Below the pieces are notes generated by a model. The model did no database searches. It saw only the letters and a list, made by a program, of their open reading frames with translations, and was not told the DNA's origin. Shown here in pieces: positions 26,877-36,367 of a stretch of 59,759 nucleotides of DNA; the first letter of the stretch is position 1; every line of letters starts with the position of its first letter. The position numbers and the translations under genes were made by a program. The DNA is from an uncultured Thermoplasmatales archaeon (lineage in GTDB: Archaea > Thermoplasmatota > E2 > UBA202 > DSCA01), in contig CAZESS010000014.1 of assembly GCA_964514975.1 (NCBI GenBank), positions 1-59,759 on the forward strand, in the 5' to 3' direction.

Positions 26877-27568
26877 TGTGTCCAGGCCTCCACGATGTCC
26901 GCTCCCTCCAGGAAAACAATGTCGTGCTCTGTGGCATACGCCATCGCATCCCGGCGGGACAGCGCCGTGCCGTGGTCCATCATTTCGCAGCCCGCCATCA
27001 CCGGGGTAACGCCCGCCATGTCGGCCAGCGCGACCGAGAGCTCGGTGTGACCGCGCCGCTCACGGAGCAGTCCATTGGCTGCCCGGCAGACCGCCACGTG
27101 TCCGGGTGCCCGGTATCGCTCTCCAAACAATTGTCGTGCATCCTCTCCCTTCATGTCCGCTACGTTACGGGCGAGCCGGGCCATCTCCCGGATGGTCAGC
27201 GCTCTGTCGGTGTCGGTGATACCGGTGAAGGTCTCCCGGTGGTTGACGGGCAGGGAAAACGATGACTTGGTGTCATAGGGGATGTCGTCCGGGGCGAGCC
27301 GGGCCAGCGCGGGCCATCGGTCCGCGGCATGGGTGAACACCTCGGCCAGGAATGGAAGCCCGAGCTTCGCCGCTATGTCATGGTGCAGCATCATGAAAAC
27401 CAGGCCGCCACCGTCGTGCCGCATCCGGTAGACATGGTCGGGGGTGACATGCTCCGCCGCGACGATGAAATCAGTTTCCTCCTCGCGGCCCTTGGCGTCA
27501 TAGATGAGAATGAAGTCGCCGTTGCGGAGCGCGGTGAGCGCCCGTTCAAGCTTCGGGCTGAATGGCAT
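26864..27568 (-). CDS. ribB: 3,4-dihydroxy-2-butanone-4-phosphate synthase
   Basis: YD...REEETD, D.GGL, PYD.KSSFS..VNHR.TFTGITD.DRALT, PGHV, R.GHTEL, CEM. Confidence 0.95.
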   Translation of the reverse strand: MPFSPKLERALTALRNGDFILIYDAKGREEETDFIVAAEHVTPDHVYRMRHDGGGLVFMMLHHDIAAKLGLPFLAEVFTHAADRWPALARLAPDDIPYDTKSSFSLPVNHRETFTGITDTDRALTIREMARLARNVADMKGEDARQLFGERYRAPGHVAVCRAANGLLRERRGHTELSVALADMAGVTPVMAGCEMMDHGTALSRRDAMAYATEHDIVFLEGADIVEAWTQWSG

Positions 27569-27761
27569 GCTTCCGCTTTTTTTGTCCCATCATGGTGGAG
27601 ATGTAGCCGGCGACGCGGTTGCGCATCACCTTGCTACCGATGTTGGTGTACCGTTCGAGCAGTTCCTTGTTGGACTCGAAGTCCTCCGTGAACTGGTCTG
27701 GAAACTCGGCTACCAGCTTATCTGCGACACGCTTGATATAGGTCGGACGTACGTTACCCAC
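27546..27761 (-). CDS. rps17e: 30S ribosomal protein eS17
   Basis: GTG start at 27761 with GGTGA RBS; GNVRP.YIKR.A..L...FP..F..DFE.NK, SK..RNR.AGY. Confidence 0.95.
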   Translation of the reverse strand: MGNVRPTYIKRVADKLVAEFPDQFTEDFESNKELLERYTNIGSKVMRNRVAGYISTMMGQKKRKHAIQPEA

Positions 27762-27804
27762 TGAATCACCTGCAATGGGTATACGCTCATCCTTTAAAAA
27801 GCTT

Positions 27805-28974
27805 TTAGCCGGATTGGATGTCCTCGAGCGCCCTGTCGAGGTCATTGACGAGGTCGTCGACGTGTTCGACGCCGACGGACAGCCGGATGGTGCCCGGCAT
27901 GATGCCGATGGCCGCCCGTTCTTCAGCGCTGAGGTAGCTATGGGAGGTATTATAGGGCATGCTCACCAGGGTTTCGACGCCGCCCAGGCTCGCGGCCTCG
28001 GATGCCACCTCAAGGTTGCGCATGAATTGGAGGCCGTCCCCGTCATCCCCATGGATGCGGAACGTTACCATGCCTCCTGAGCCCTCCAGCATGTCGCCGG
28101 CGAGCACGTGTTGCGGATGCGACTCCAGGCCGGGATACCAGACCCGGTCCACCTGCTCATGGCCCTCCAGGAACCGGGCGACCGCCAGCGCGTTGCCATT
28201 GTGCGCGGCCATCCGGAGATGCAGCGTTTTCAGGCTCCTGAGCAGCAAAAACGCGGCATGCGGGTCGAGACATCCGCCATACCGGGTCATCGTCCCCCAG
28301 ATTGTGTCACAGGTACCCCGCGACGCGACGACCATGCCGCCTATGAGGTCGGAATGCCCGCCCAGGTATTTCGAGGTGCTGTGGACGACGATGTCCGCAC
28401 CCAGAGATATCGGTTGCTGGTTGATGGGCGACGCAAAGGTCGCGTCGATGGCCAGCGGCAGCTCGTGCTCGTGCGCAACAGCGGCTATCGCCGGGATGTC
28501 AACAATCCTGAGCAACGGGTTGGTGACGGATTCGAAAAACAGCAGCGCCGTGTCATCGGAGACAGCGGCGGCGACCTCGCGGGGAGACGTGCAGTCCACA
28601 TATTGTATCGAGATGCCGAGGCTGCGGAGCTCCCGCTCGATGAACGAAAACGTCCCGCCGTAGAGGTCGCGGCTCGTCACCAGTTCGTCGCCCGCCTCCA
28701 GAAACGTGAGCATGAGCGAGGCGACGGCGGCCATGCCCGACGAGGTGGCGATGGCGCTCTCCCCGTCCTCCAGCCGGGCCATTTTTTGTTCGAGCGCTGC
28801 CACGGTCGGATTCCGCCATCGGCTGTACACGTAGCTCCGGCGTCCCTCGCCCTCGGCGATTTTTTTGTAGGAGTCATCGCTGAGATGATAGGTCGAAGAA
28901 AAATAGGCCGGCACGTTTATCGGCCGGGATGGCTCATCTGTTTTTTCCATGACGCAGAGGGTTTCCCGTCTCAT
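27805..28974 (-). CDS. PLP-dependent Cys/Met metabolism enzyme (methionine gamma-lyase/cystathionine gamma-synthase family)
   Basis: YSR..NPT, SSGMAA, YGGT, ES..NP, D.TF.SP, HSTSKY.GGHSD, SLGGVE.L, IRLSVG.E. Confidence 0.92.
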   Translation of the reverse strand: MRRETLCVMEKTDEPSRPINVPAYFSSTYHLSDDSYKKIAEGEGRRSYVYSRWRNPTVAALEQKMARLEDGESAIATSSGMAAVASLMLTFLEAGDELVTSRDLYGGTFSFIERELRSLGISIQYVDCTSPREVAAAVSDDTALLFFESVTNPLLRIVDIPAIAAVAHEHELPLAIDATFASPINQQPISLGADIVVHSTSKYLGGHSDLIGGMVVASRGTCDTIWGTMTRYGGCLDPHAAFLLLRSLKTLHLRMAAHNGNALAVARFLEGHEQVDRVWYPGLESHPQHVLAGDMLEGSGGMVTFRIHGDDGDGLQFMRNLEVASEAASLGGVETLVSMPYNTSHSYLSAEERAAIGIMPGTIRLSVGVEHVDDLVNDLDRALEDIQSG

Positions 28975-29047
28975 GGGAACATATCACCCATGGATTTATG
29001 GCATTTGCGGAACAACAACGCTTTAAACCGCATGCCTTTCATAATCC

Positions 29048-29494
29048 ATGATTCTCTCCGACGCGGACATCGTCAGAGCCAGACAGCGCGACGACCTGTC
29101 CATCGAGCCCTTTGACGAGGAGCAGCTTACACCCAACGGCTACGACCTGTCCATCCAGGAAATCATGGTCGACGGAAAAACAGCAACACATGCAACGGTA
29201 CCGCCGATGACGTGGTTCGCAGTCGCCACCCGGGAATATCTCCGGCTGCCACGGCATGCAGCGCAGCTCTGGATACGCTCCAGCTATGCACGCCGCGGCG
29301 TCATGGCCTCCTTCGGCAAGGTCGACGTCGGCTTCGAGGGCACCCTCACGTTGGCGTGCTTCAACACCCGGCAGGAGCTCGAGCTCAGCAGGGATGACAC
29401 CGTCTGCCAGATCGTGTTCGAACAGATGACGTCGGCGCCCCGGCAGCGCTACGCGGGAAAGTATAAAGGACAGCAGAGCATTACACTTGGATAG
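29048..29494 (+). CDS. dcd: dCTP deaminase
   Basis: MILSD.DI, I.PF, PNGYDL, T.EY..LP, RSS.AR.G, VD.GF.G.LTL, Q..F, Y.GKY.GQ. Confidence 0.88.
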   Translation: MILSDADIVRARQRDDLSIEPFDEEQLTPNGYDLSIQEIMVDGKTATHATVPPMTWFAVATREYLRLPRHAAQLWIRSSYARRGVMASFGKVDVGFEGTLTLACFNTRQELELSRDDTVCQIVFEQMTSAPRQRYAGKYKGQQSITLG

Positions 29495-29495
29495 C

Positions 29496-29888
29496 ATGAA
29501 CAGCAAGGTGCGGGACCTGCTCCAGCCCGACACGGGCATCTGCCCCGACTGCGCTGACGGGCTCCTCGACGAGATGCGATGCGAGCGCTGCAAACGGCAG
29601 CTCTACGGCTACGCGGGACAGGTCTACGAGTGCCCGATGTGCGAATCCCTGTACTGCCATGAATGCTGGCTCGCCCTGGAGGGGCGGCAGCGCCATGTGG
29701 GCACCGTCAAGCGCTGGTTTGACGGCCGGAGCTACGGGTTCATCAGCGTCGCCAGGAGGGAGGATGACGTGTTCGTGCACCGTGACGACCTCGATTTCAC
29801 GCCGTCGGAGGGCCAGCGTCTCACCTTTGAGATAGAGGAGACGGAGAAGGGGCCGCGGGCGCGGAACGCAAAACGAGAAACAAGTTAG
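29496..29888 (+). CDS. Zinc-finger (4x CxxC) + cold-shock-domain protein
   Basis: CPDC, CERC, CPMC, CHEC, then GTVK.W....YGFI (RNP1), DVFVH (RNP2), EGQ...F......KGP.A.N. Confidence 0.85.
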   Translation: MNSKVRDLLQPDTGICPDCADGLLDEMRCERCKRQLYGYAGQVYECPMCESLYCHECWLALEGRQRHVGTVKRWFDGRSYGFISVARREDDVFVHRDDLDFTPSEGQRLTFEIEETEKGPRARNAKRETS

Positions 29889-31306
29889 CCGTGCTGTTCG
29901 ACGTGCTCCAGGATGCCGAGCAGGTAGTCCCAGAATTTTTGCACCGTTGAGATGTAGACGACCTCGTCGGGGCTGTGGGGATGCTCTATCTGCGGGCCGA
30001 CAGAGATGGTCTCCATCTGGCCCATGATGCTCTTGATGACCCCTGGTTCGAGGCCGGCGTGGATGGCTTTCACCGCGGGTTCCTCGTCATACATGTCCAT
30101 CCATACGTCCTTGGCTATCTGGAGGAGCTCCGAGTCAAGGTTGGGCTTCCATCCCGGGTAGCGGCCCTCGTCCTCGACCGCGGCATCGGCGAGCTCGGCA
30201 ACCGCCCGTATCTGATGCAGGGTCGCGTCGAGCTTTGATTCCACCGAGCTCCGGGAGCTCATCAGTACCTCGAGCGCATCGTCGACCCGCACCACGGCAA
30301 TGTTGGTCGATGTCTCAACGAGGCCGTCGACCTGCTGGTCCATCGCGAGCACGCCATGCGGCAGCCCCAGGAGCATGCGCAATGCCCTGCTATGGCTGTC
30401 CATGTCCATCATCTGGGCCGTCTCATGCCCGGAGGTTTCGATAGCCAGGTTGGGGTCTGTTTCCGCGTATTCGTTGCGGAGCGTGTCCTCGAATTTTTTG
30501 ATGAACGTTGTGGTGGTGTCGACATCCGCCGGTATCACCACGGCGGTTGCCTCGCGCGGAATCGCGTTGTGCTTGTCGCCGGCTTCGATGCTGCAGAGCC
30601 GGGCGTCAAGGTTGAACAGCAATCGAGCGAGCAGCTTTATCGAGTTCGCCCGCCCCTCATCGATGTCGGTGCCCGAATGGCCGCCGCTGAGCCCGCGGAG
30701 CTTGATCCGCAACCCCTGGCCGTCGGCTTTCTCGAACGAGACGGGAAGCCGGATGGTGGTGTTGGCGCCGCCGGCGCAGCCGATGTAGACGGAGCCGATT
30801 TCCTCGCTGTCGACGTTGATAAGCATGTCACCTTCCAGAGTACCCTCCTCGAGACCGAACGCGCCGGTCATCCCGGTTTCCTCGTCCACGGTCAGCAAAA
30901 ACTCAAGGGGGCCATGGGTGACATTTGTGGCTTCCATGAGGGCGAGCATCGCGGCGACGCCGACGCCGTTATCTGCTCCCAGCGTGGTCCCGCGGGCCTT
31001 GACCATGTCGCCGTCGACATAGACATCGAGGGGGTCGGATGAAAAATCATGGTCGACGTCGCTGTTTTTCTCGCAGACCATGTCGAGATGCGCCTGCACG
31101 GTTATCATCGGCACATCCGTGGCGCCGGTGGCCTCCTTCCGGACGATGACGTTGCCGACGTCGTCCTGCTCAACGGCACATCCGGCGTTCCGGGCGACCT
31201 CCATCACGTACTCGGCAACCTGTTCCTCGTGCTTGGAACAGCGCGGTATCCTGGTGAGCTCTTCAAAATGCTTCCAGACCTGTTTGGGCTCGAGGTCAAG
31301 CTTCAT
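29885..31306 (-). CDS. pepD: Aminoacyl-histidine dipeptidase (peptidase M20C)
   Basis: IPR.S..E, QAHLDMV.EK, GTTLGADNG.G, TVDEE.GM.GA, GGHSG, IHAGLE.G, HSPDE. Confidence 0.93.
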   Translation of the reverse strand: MKLDLEPKQVWKHFEELTRIPRCSKHEEQVAEYVMEVARNAGCAVEQDDVGNVIVRKEATGATDVPMITVQAHLDMVCEKNSDVDHDFSSDPLDVYVDGDMVKARGTTLGADNGVGVAAMLALMEATNVTHGPLEFLLTVDEETGMTGAFGLEEGTLEGDMLINVDSEEIGSVYIGCAGGANTTIRLPVSFEKADGQGLRIKLRGLSGGHSGTDIDEGRANSIKLLARLLFNLDARLCSIEAGDKHNAIPREATAVVIPADVDTTTTFIKKFEDTLRNEYAETDPNLAIETSGHETAQMMDMDSHSRALRMLLGLPHGVLAMDQQVDGLVETSTNIAVVRVDDALEVLMSSRSSVESKLDATLHQIRAVAELADAAVEDEGRYPGWKPNLDSELLQIAKDVWMDMYDEEPAVKAIHAGLEPGVIKSIMGQMETISVGPQIEHPHSPDEVVYISTVQKFWDYLLGILEHVEQHG

Positions 31307-31358
31307 GGCAATCAAAGGGTAATGTCGCCCGCGTTTAAATCTATTGCCCTACCCCGTC

Positions 31359-32531
31359 TCAGTCGGGCATGACGTCGATGGCCTTGAGGGTGTTGGTGCC
31401 CCCGAAATCCCAGTTGAAAAAACTGTCCTGCGAGGGCGGGCCAACCGGGGCGCCGCCGACGGGCAGGTTGCCGAGATAGAAGCCCGAGGTCAGACAGTCG
31501 GCCACCAGCCAGAAGCCCAGGTCGTCCTCGAGCACCGCGACATACAGGTCGGTGCCATAGAAGTCCTGGACAGCACGGGCGACCTCCCGTGCAAGGGGGG
31601 CGTTTCCGCCGATGAAAAGAGCGGGGAAGGCATGGGTGTCAGTGATGTAGACCCGGGATGTACCCCCGAGGCTGGTCGTCAGCGCCGAGAACAGCATGGC
31701 GTAGTCCTCGCAGTCGCCGCCCTGCTGCAATGTCGTCACCGGCCGCTGCCAGATGTTGTCCGGGTCGTCCCGGTAGGTATGGTTTTGCTGCAGGTAGTCA
31801 AAGATGGCGCAGACCATGGCCACGTTGTACTCCCCGGTGGCAGGTGAGCCATAGGCACCGGCGATCTCCCTCGCTTTGGTGAAAATCTGGAACCGGTCCG
31901 GGTCGACCAGGTCGTTCACCCTGTCGAAATCCCGGTAGTAGTTGTAGGACACCTTCGGGTTGCTGCTGCTGTTATAGGGCCGGACATGCAGGTTTGAAAG
32001 GTTGGAAAACGAGCTATAGGTACGGTCTCCGATGTCATACCAGTGATATGTCGGATACGGCAGTGTTCCCGCATGGTTGTTCGCCATGAACGAGAGCTCA
32101 AGCGAAAAATCATACAGGCCGGGCTGCGAGATGCCATCGCCCACGGCCATGTAGATGTCCCGGCTGCCGCCCGAGGGTATCTCAATACCCATGCTTCCAT
32201 CGGTCCACCGCCAGGTGTCATCGCCGATGCCCATGGCCGCATTGTAGACAAACAGGTCGTTGGCACCGCTGTTGGGCACCGACAGCCGCACGACGCCGCC
32301 GTAGCGCGCATAAAGGGGCGAAACCGTGATGGAGAGCGAGGGAGCGACGAAGCCCGGGCGGTGGGGCAGCTTCTCCTCCGGCCTGGGCTCCAAGCGCTCA
32401 TAGGAGGACACGTCCGGGATGACCAGATCTCCGGCGCTGAATCCCTCCCGCGTGGTGTCCTCGAAGGGCCACGAGGTGCAGCCGGCGAGGAGGACGGCAG
32501 CGAGCAGGATAGCAGCGACGGCCTTGCGCAT
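31359..32531 (-). CDS. Transglutaminase-like (Cys-His-Asp) lipoprotein
   Basis: Start ATG 32531, lipobox LAGC, Y..D...WQ.P..TL...GDCEDYA, HAFP, W...D. Confidence 0.8.
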   Translation of the reverse strand: MRKAVAAILLAAVLLAGCTSWPFEDTTREGFSAGDLVIPDVSSYERLEPRPEEKLPHRPGFVAPSLSITVSPLYARYGGVVRLSVPNSGANDLFVYNAAMGIGDDTWRWTDGSMGIEIPSGGSRDIYMAVGDGISQPGLYDFSLELSFMANNHAGTLPYPTYHWYDIGDRTYSSFSNLSNLHVRPYNSSSNPKVSYNYYRDFDRVNDLVDPDRFQIFTKAREIAGAYGSPATGEYNVAMVCAIFDYLQQNHTYRDDPDNIWQRPVTTLQQGGDCEDYAMLFSALTTSLGGTSRVYITDTHAFPALFIGGNAPLAREVARAVQDFYGTDLYVAVLEDDLGFWLVADCLTSGFYLGNLPVGGAPVGPPSQDSFFNWDFGGTNTLKAIDVMPD

Positions 32532-32630
32532 GAGATGGAAAAGCGGCCTGGATAAAAAGGTTTCCGGAGCGGGCAAGCCACAACACAAGCAATAAATAGG
32601 CAGGTCATGTTACAGCAATGGGAGGCATAT

Positions 32631-32855
32631 ATGCCCGAGTACAGCACCATCTCCGTGCGGAAAGCACTGCATGACGAGATAAAAAAAGCGGTGGGCAATC
32701 CTCGCAGGGGATATGACAGCATCTCCGAGTTCACCAAGGAGGCCATCCGGCTGCATCTCCACCGCGTGGTCAAGCCGAACATAGAGAACATCGCGCTGAC
32801 CCGGCTGCAGCGGGCCATCTACACCCGCCTGTTCCGGCAGGTGTTCCGTGAATGA
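32631..32855 (+). CDS. Ribbon-helix-helix small DNA-binding protein
   Basis: Y.TISV...L...I......GY.SISEF..EAIR pattern. Confidence 0.65.
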   Translation: MPEYSTISVRKALHDEIKKAVGNPRRGYDSISEFTKEAIRLHLHRVVKPNIENIALTRLQRAIYTRLFRQVFRE

Positions 32856-32910
32856 TACCGTGGTTACCAATATTTAAATAGGGGCTCATTCTTATGCCCC
32901 CAGATATACT

Positions 32911-34236
32911 ATGGATATAACGCTACATGCACTCGGCGGCTATGAAGAAGTCGGCCGGAACATGACCTGTCTGGAGGTCGGCAGCGAGGCTGTCATCCTG
33001 GACATGGGCATCTACATGGACCGGTACGTGCCGCTGCAGGACAAGATAGACGAGATGTCAACCAAGCGACTGATACAGGAAGACGCCATCCCCGACGACG
33101 GCCCCATCTCGAACATACGTGACAAGGTCAAAGCCATCGTGCTCAGCCACGCCCACCTCGACCACATCGGAGCGGCGAGACGCCTTGCCTCGCAGTATGA
33201 CTGCCCCATCTACACCACCCCCTATGTCACCGAGATTTTGCGGCAGAAAGAGGAAAACGACAACTTCAATCTGAAAAACAGGATCGTCAGCATCAGCCCC
33301 AACTCATCCTACCAGGTGTCGGACACCCTCGAGATAGAGTTCATCCTGACGACACATTCCATCATCCAGGCCTCGATGGTCAACATCATCACGCCGGCGG
33401 GCAACATCCTTTACTCGCTTGACTACAAGTTCGACAACCAGCCCACCATCGGGCAGACCACAAACAAGGAACGCCTCCGGCAGCTCGGCAAAGAAAACAC
33501 CGTGGCGCTCATCGTCGACGCCACCAACGCGGAAAAAGAAAACAAGACCTACTCTGAATCCGTGGCCCGTGAGATGCTCCGCGACGTCCTCCTCGGCATG
33601 GAAACCGAGGGACACGGCGTCATCGTCACCACGTTTTCGTCGCACACGCCGCGCCTTAAAAGCATATACGACGTCGGCAAGGCCATGGGCAGGGAGATCG
33701 TGTTCGTCGGCCGGTCGCTCCACAACTACATCAGCGCAGCCGAGCAGCTCGAATTCGTAAACTTTTCGGACAAGGCAGAGATCATCAAGAGCGCCTACTG
33801 GGAAAAAGGCCGGCTGGCCGAGATACAGAAAAACCGGGAGGACTACATGGTGATAGCGACGGGCAGCCAGGGCGAGCCCAACGCAACGCTGTCGCGATTT
33901 GCGAACGAGGAAGTCCCCTTTACCATCATGCCCGAGGACTTCGTCGTATTCGCCTGTGGGGTCATCCCCACGCCGACCATCCAGGGCAACCGGCAGATAC
34001 TCGAGCACAAGATACACAACAAGCGGGCCCGGATGTTCAAGGATCTGCATGTTTCTGGGCATGCCTCCCGGGAGGACATCCGCGACCTGATAAAAATCGT
34101 GCAGCCGAACTCCATCGTGCCGGCGCACGGCGACATGCAGAAGCTGGCGTCGGTTGCAGCGCTGGCCACCGAGATGGGCTACACCCTCGGCCGGGACGTC
34201 CACATCCTCCAGAACGGGCAGCACGTCGCCCTGTAG
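32911..34236 (+). CDS. rnj: Ribonuclease J (beta-CASP metallo-beta-lactamase)
   Basis: LGGY.EVGRNM, SHAHLDHIG, HS, D.KFD, TFSSH..R, TG.QGEP, HVSGHA, P.HG. Confidence 0.93.
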   Translation: MDITLHALGGYEEVGRNMTCLEVGSEAVILDMGIYMDRYVPLQDKIDEMSTKRLIQEDAIPDDGPISNIRDKVKAIVLSHAHLDHIGAARRLASQYDCPIYTTPYVTEILRQKEENDNFNLKNRIVSISPNSSYQVSDTLEIEFILTTHSIIQASMVNIITPAGNILYSLDYKFDNQPTIGQTTNKERLRQLGKENTVALIVDATNAEKENKTYSESVAREMLRDVLLGMETEGHGVIVTTFSSHTPRLKSIYDVGKAMGREIVFVGRSLHNYISAAEQLEFVNFSDKAEIIKSAYWEKGRLAEIQKNREDYMVIATGSQGEPNATLSRFANEEVPFTIMPEDFVVFACGVIPTPTIQGNRQILEHKIHNKRARMFKDLHVSGHASREDIRDLIKIVQPNSIVPAHGDMQKLASVAALATEMGYTLGRDVHILQNGQHVAL

Positions 34237-34237
34237 G

Positions 34238-35779
34238 CTATGCCGGGTGAACCGTCGCGGTCGCCGTCGTCCTGGCGTCGACGTCCGCCGTCACCACGAG
34301 ATGGAGCATACCGTTGGCGGCGCGCTGCATGACGATGGCGCCGTTGTCCACTGTGTAGCTCCCATCGGGGACATAGAACTGGAGATATGCCTGCACCGGC
34401 ATATCGAGATTGTTTTCCACGGATGCTTCCACCGTCTCCGTTGAGCCATCGTTGGTCGTGTAGCTGCAGTTGAGCCGGTAGAGCGGAATCGACTGAAAAC
34501 GCGAGGTGTAGTTTATATTGGCCAGCGAGCCGTTGTCCATTGACACCAGCCGGTAGCCCCAGTATGCGTCGCCGCTGGTGCCGCTTGACACCGTCGTCGT
34601 GGTAACAAAGGTCGTGTTGGTGCGAACGGTCACGTCGTCGTAATGGACATGGCCGGCGAAGCAGGCGTCCACGCCGTGCCGCTCGATGACCGAGAGCAGT
34701 TCCTCCCGGCCGAGGTAGCCGTTGCCGAGCAGCGAGTCGTTGACGGTCTCCCAGAGCGGGTTGTGATGCAGCATCACCGCGCTAAAACCATCGCTATGTC
34801 GCTCGAGGTCGTCCGTTATCCATGTCATCTGCTCCTCCTGGACATGGCCGCCCCAGTTGAACGCCACATACGAGACGGCGTGCCGGCTCCGGGTGGGCCA
34901 GTCATATGAGTTCACGCCGGTAAAATGGATGTCGCCGTAGTCAAAGGAATAATACGATGGGCCGAAAAACCGCTCCCAGAACCGGAGGCCGTCCTGCCCG
35001 GTCTGGATGTAGCCGTCATGGTTGCCCGGGACCATGTAGGTGGGCACGTCGAACTGCTGCAGGATGCCATAGCAGGTGCGATATTCAAAGGCATATTCGA
35101 AGGGGTAGAGCTGTCCGAACGTGAGGTCGCCGGTGATGACGACGAAGTCCGGACGAAGCAGGTTTATCTCCTCGATGCTCTTCTTCGCCGCCTTCCATCC
35201 CAGAGTCTCCCGGAAATTTTCCTTGAAGCCCCGGGGGTCTCCGATGTGGAAGTCGGTGAGATGCACGAAGGAAAACTGCTCCTCGTATCCAGAGACGACG
35301 CTTACCGCACGGGGCACCGAAAGATCGTATATCTCCCCCTGGCATTCCACCTCGACGGTGAGGTTGTACAGGTCGGACGGCAGCGACGCCGGTATCTGCG
35401 CCTCCACGTCCCAGCACCTGGTGGAATCGTTGAACGTCGTATCCTTCACCGTGAGCTTCTGCTCCGTCACAGCGGGGTCGTAGGCCGTTGCAAGGCTCGC
35501 CGTCCAGCCCGAGGGCGTTCCATCAACGCGAACGCTAGCCACGAAGGAATGATCCTGGCGAACGATCACCGGCATCGCAGACCGGGGGACAACAATCGCG
35601 GCATCGCCATCGGGCACCGGGTCAGCCGGAAAACGGATGCGAACCGGCGATACGGGCTCATCGGCACCGTCAGCGGGCACCGACGGCTCCGCCACGTCAG
35701 ATGTCTCATACAGGCCGATGGCCGGCACCACCATGGAAGCAAGGAAAACAAGCACGGCGCACAACGCCAGTTTTTTCAT
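34238..35779 (-). CDS. Exported calcineurin-like metallophosphoesterase
   Basis: Signal peptide; D.H, GD, GNHD, HH, GH.H motifs in order. Confidence 0.85.
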   Translation of the reverse strand: MKKLALCAVLVFLASMVVPAIGLYETSDVAEPSVPADGADEPVSPVRIRFPADPVPDGDAAIVVPRSAMPVIVRQDHSFVASVRVDGTPSGWTASLATAYDPAVTEQKLTVKDTTFNDSTRCWDVEAQIPASLPSDLYNLTVEVECQGEIYDLSVPRAVSVVSGYEEQFSFVHLTDFHIGDPRGFKENFRETLGWKAAKKSIEEINLLRPDFVVITGDLTFGQLYPFEYAFEYRTCYGILQQFDVPTYMVPGNHDGYIQTGQDGLRFWERFFGPSYYSFDYGDIHFTGVNSYDWPTRSRHAVSYVAFNWGGHVQEEQMTWITDDLERHSDGFSAVMLHHNPLWETVNDSLLGNGYLGREELLSVIERHGVDACFAGHVHYDDVTVRTNTTFVTTTTVSSGTSGDAYWGYRLVSMDNGSLANINYTSRFQSIPLYRLNCSYTTNDGSTETVEASVENNLDMPVQAYLQFYVPDGSYTVDNGAIVMQRAANGMLHLVVTADVDARTTATATVHPA

Positions 35780-35857
35780 CGCACATACATCGGCCGGCGT
35801 TTTTTAACCTTTTTCCGGCAGCAAACGCTTTTAACGCCCGGAGGGTTCATCATCATC

Positions 35858-36343
35858 ATGGCACGGGCAACCTACATGATGCCAGTCCTGTTCGTCGACG
35901 ACATCGGGACAGCAAAACAGTTCTATCAGAGCCTCTTCGACCTCGACATCGAGCACGACTTCGGAGAAAACATCGTGTTCAAAAACGCGTTTTCCCTCTG
36001 GCAGCGGAAACGCGCCATAACGGTCATCCACGGCACCACCCGGAAACAGGCACCCGCTACGGACAAGCCCGTCGAACTCTACTTTGAAACCACCGACATC
36101 CAAGAGCTATGGCGCCACATACAGCGGCACGACGTCGACGTCATCCACGAGCCCAGGGAGGAGCCATGGGGACAGCGCACCCTCCGCATCCATGACCCAG
36201 ACGGCTACATCATAGAAATCGCGGAGCCGATGAACGCCGTCGTCACACGGCTTGCCGCAGCGGGGATGCAGTCTGCAGACATCGCCCGGAAAACACAGAT
36301 GAGCAAAAGCACCATCGGGCAGATACTGACGGCACAACAATAA
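35858..36343 (+). CDS. VOC/glyoxalase-family protein with short C-terminal HTH-like tail
   Basis: Start ATG 35858; LFV.D...A..FY, ELYFE..D, E.PWGQR....DPDG..IEI.E. Confidence 0.85.
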   Translation: MARATYMMPVLFVDDIGTAKQFYQSLFDLDIEHDFGENIVFKNAFSLWQRKRAITVIHGTTRKQAPATDKPVELYFETTDIQELWRHIQRHDVDVIHEPREEPWGQRTLRIHDPDGYIIEIAEPMNAVVTRLAAAGMQSADIARKTQMSKSTIGQILTAQQ

Positions 36344-36367
36344 AAAACCAGGGCTGGTTGCACATCC

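Noticed and set aside
34925-35857. Long N-terminal extension of the VOC protein ORF
   Set aside because: Antisense to the metallophosphoesterase; the real start is 35858
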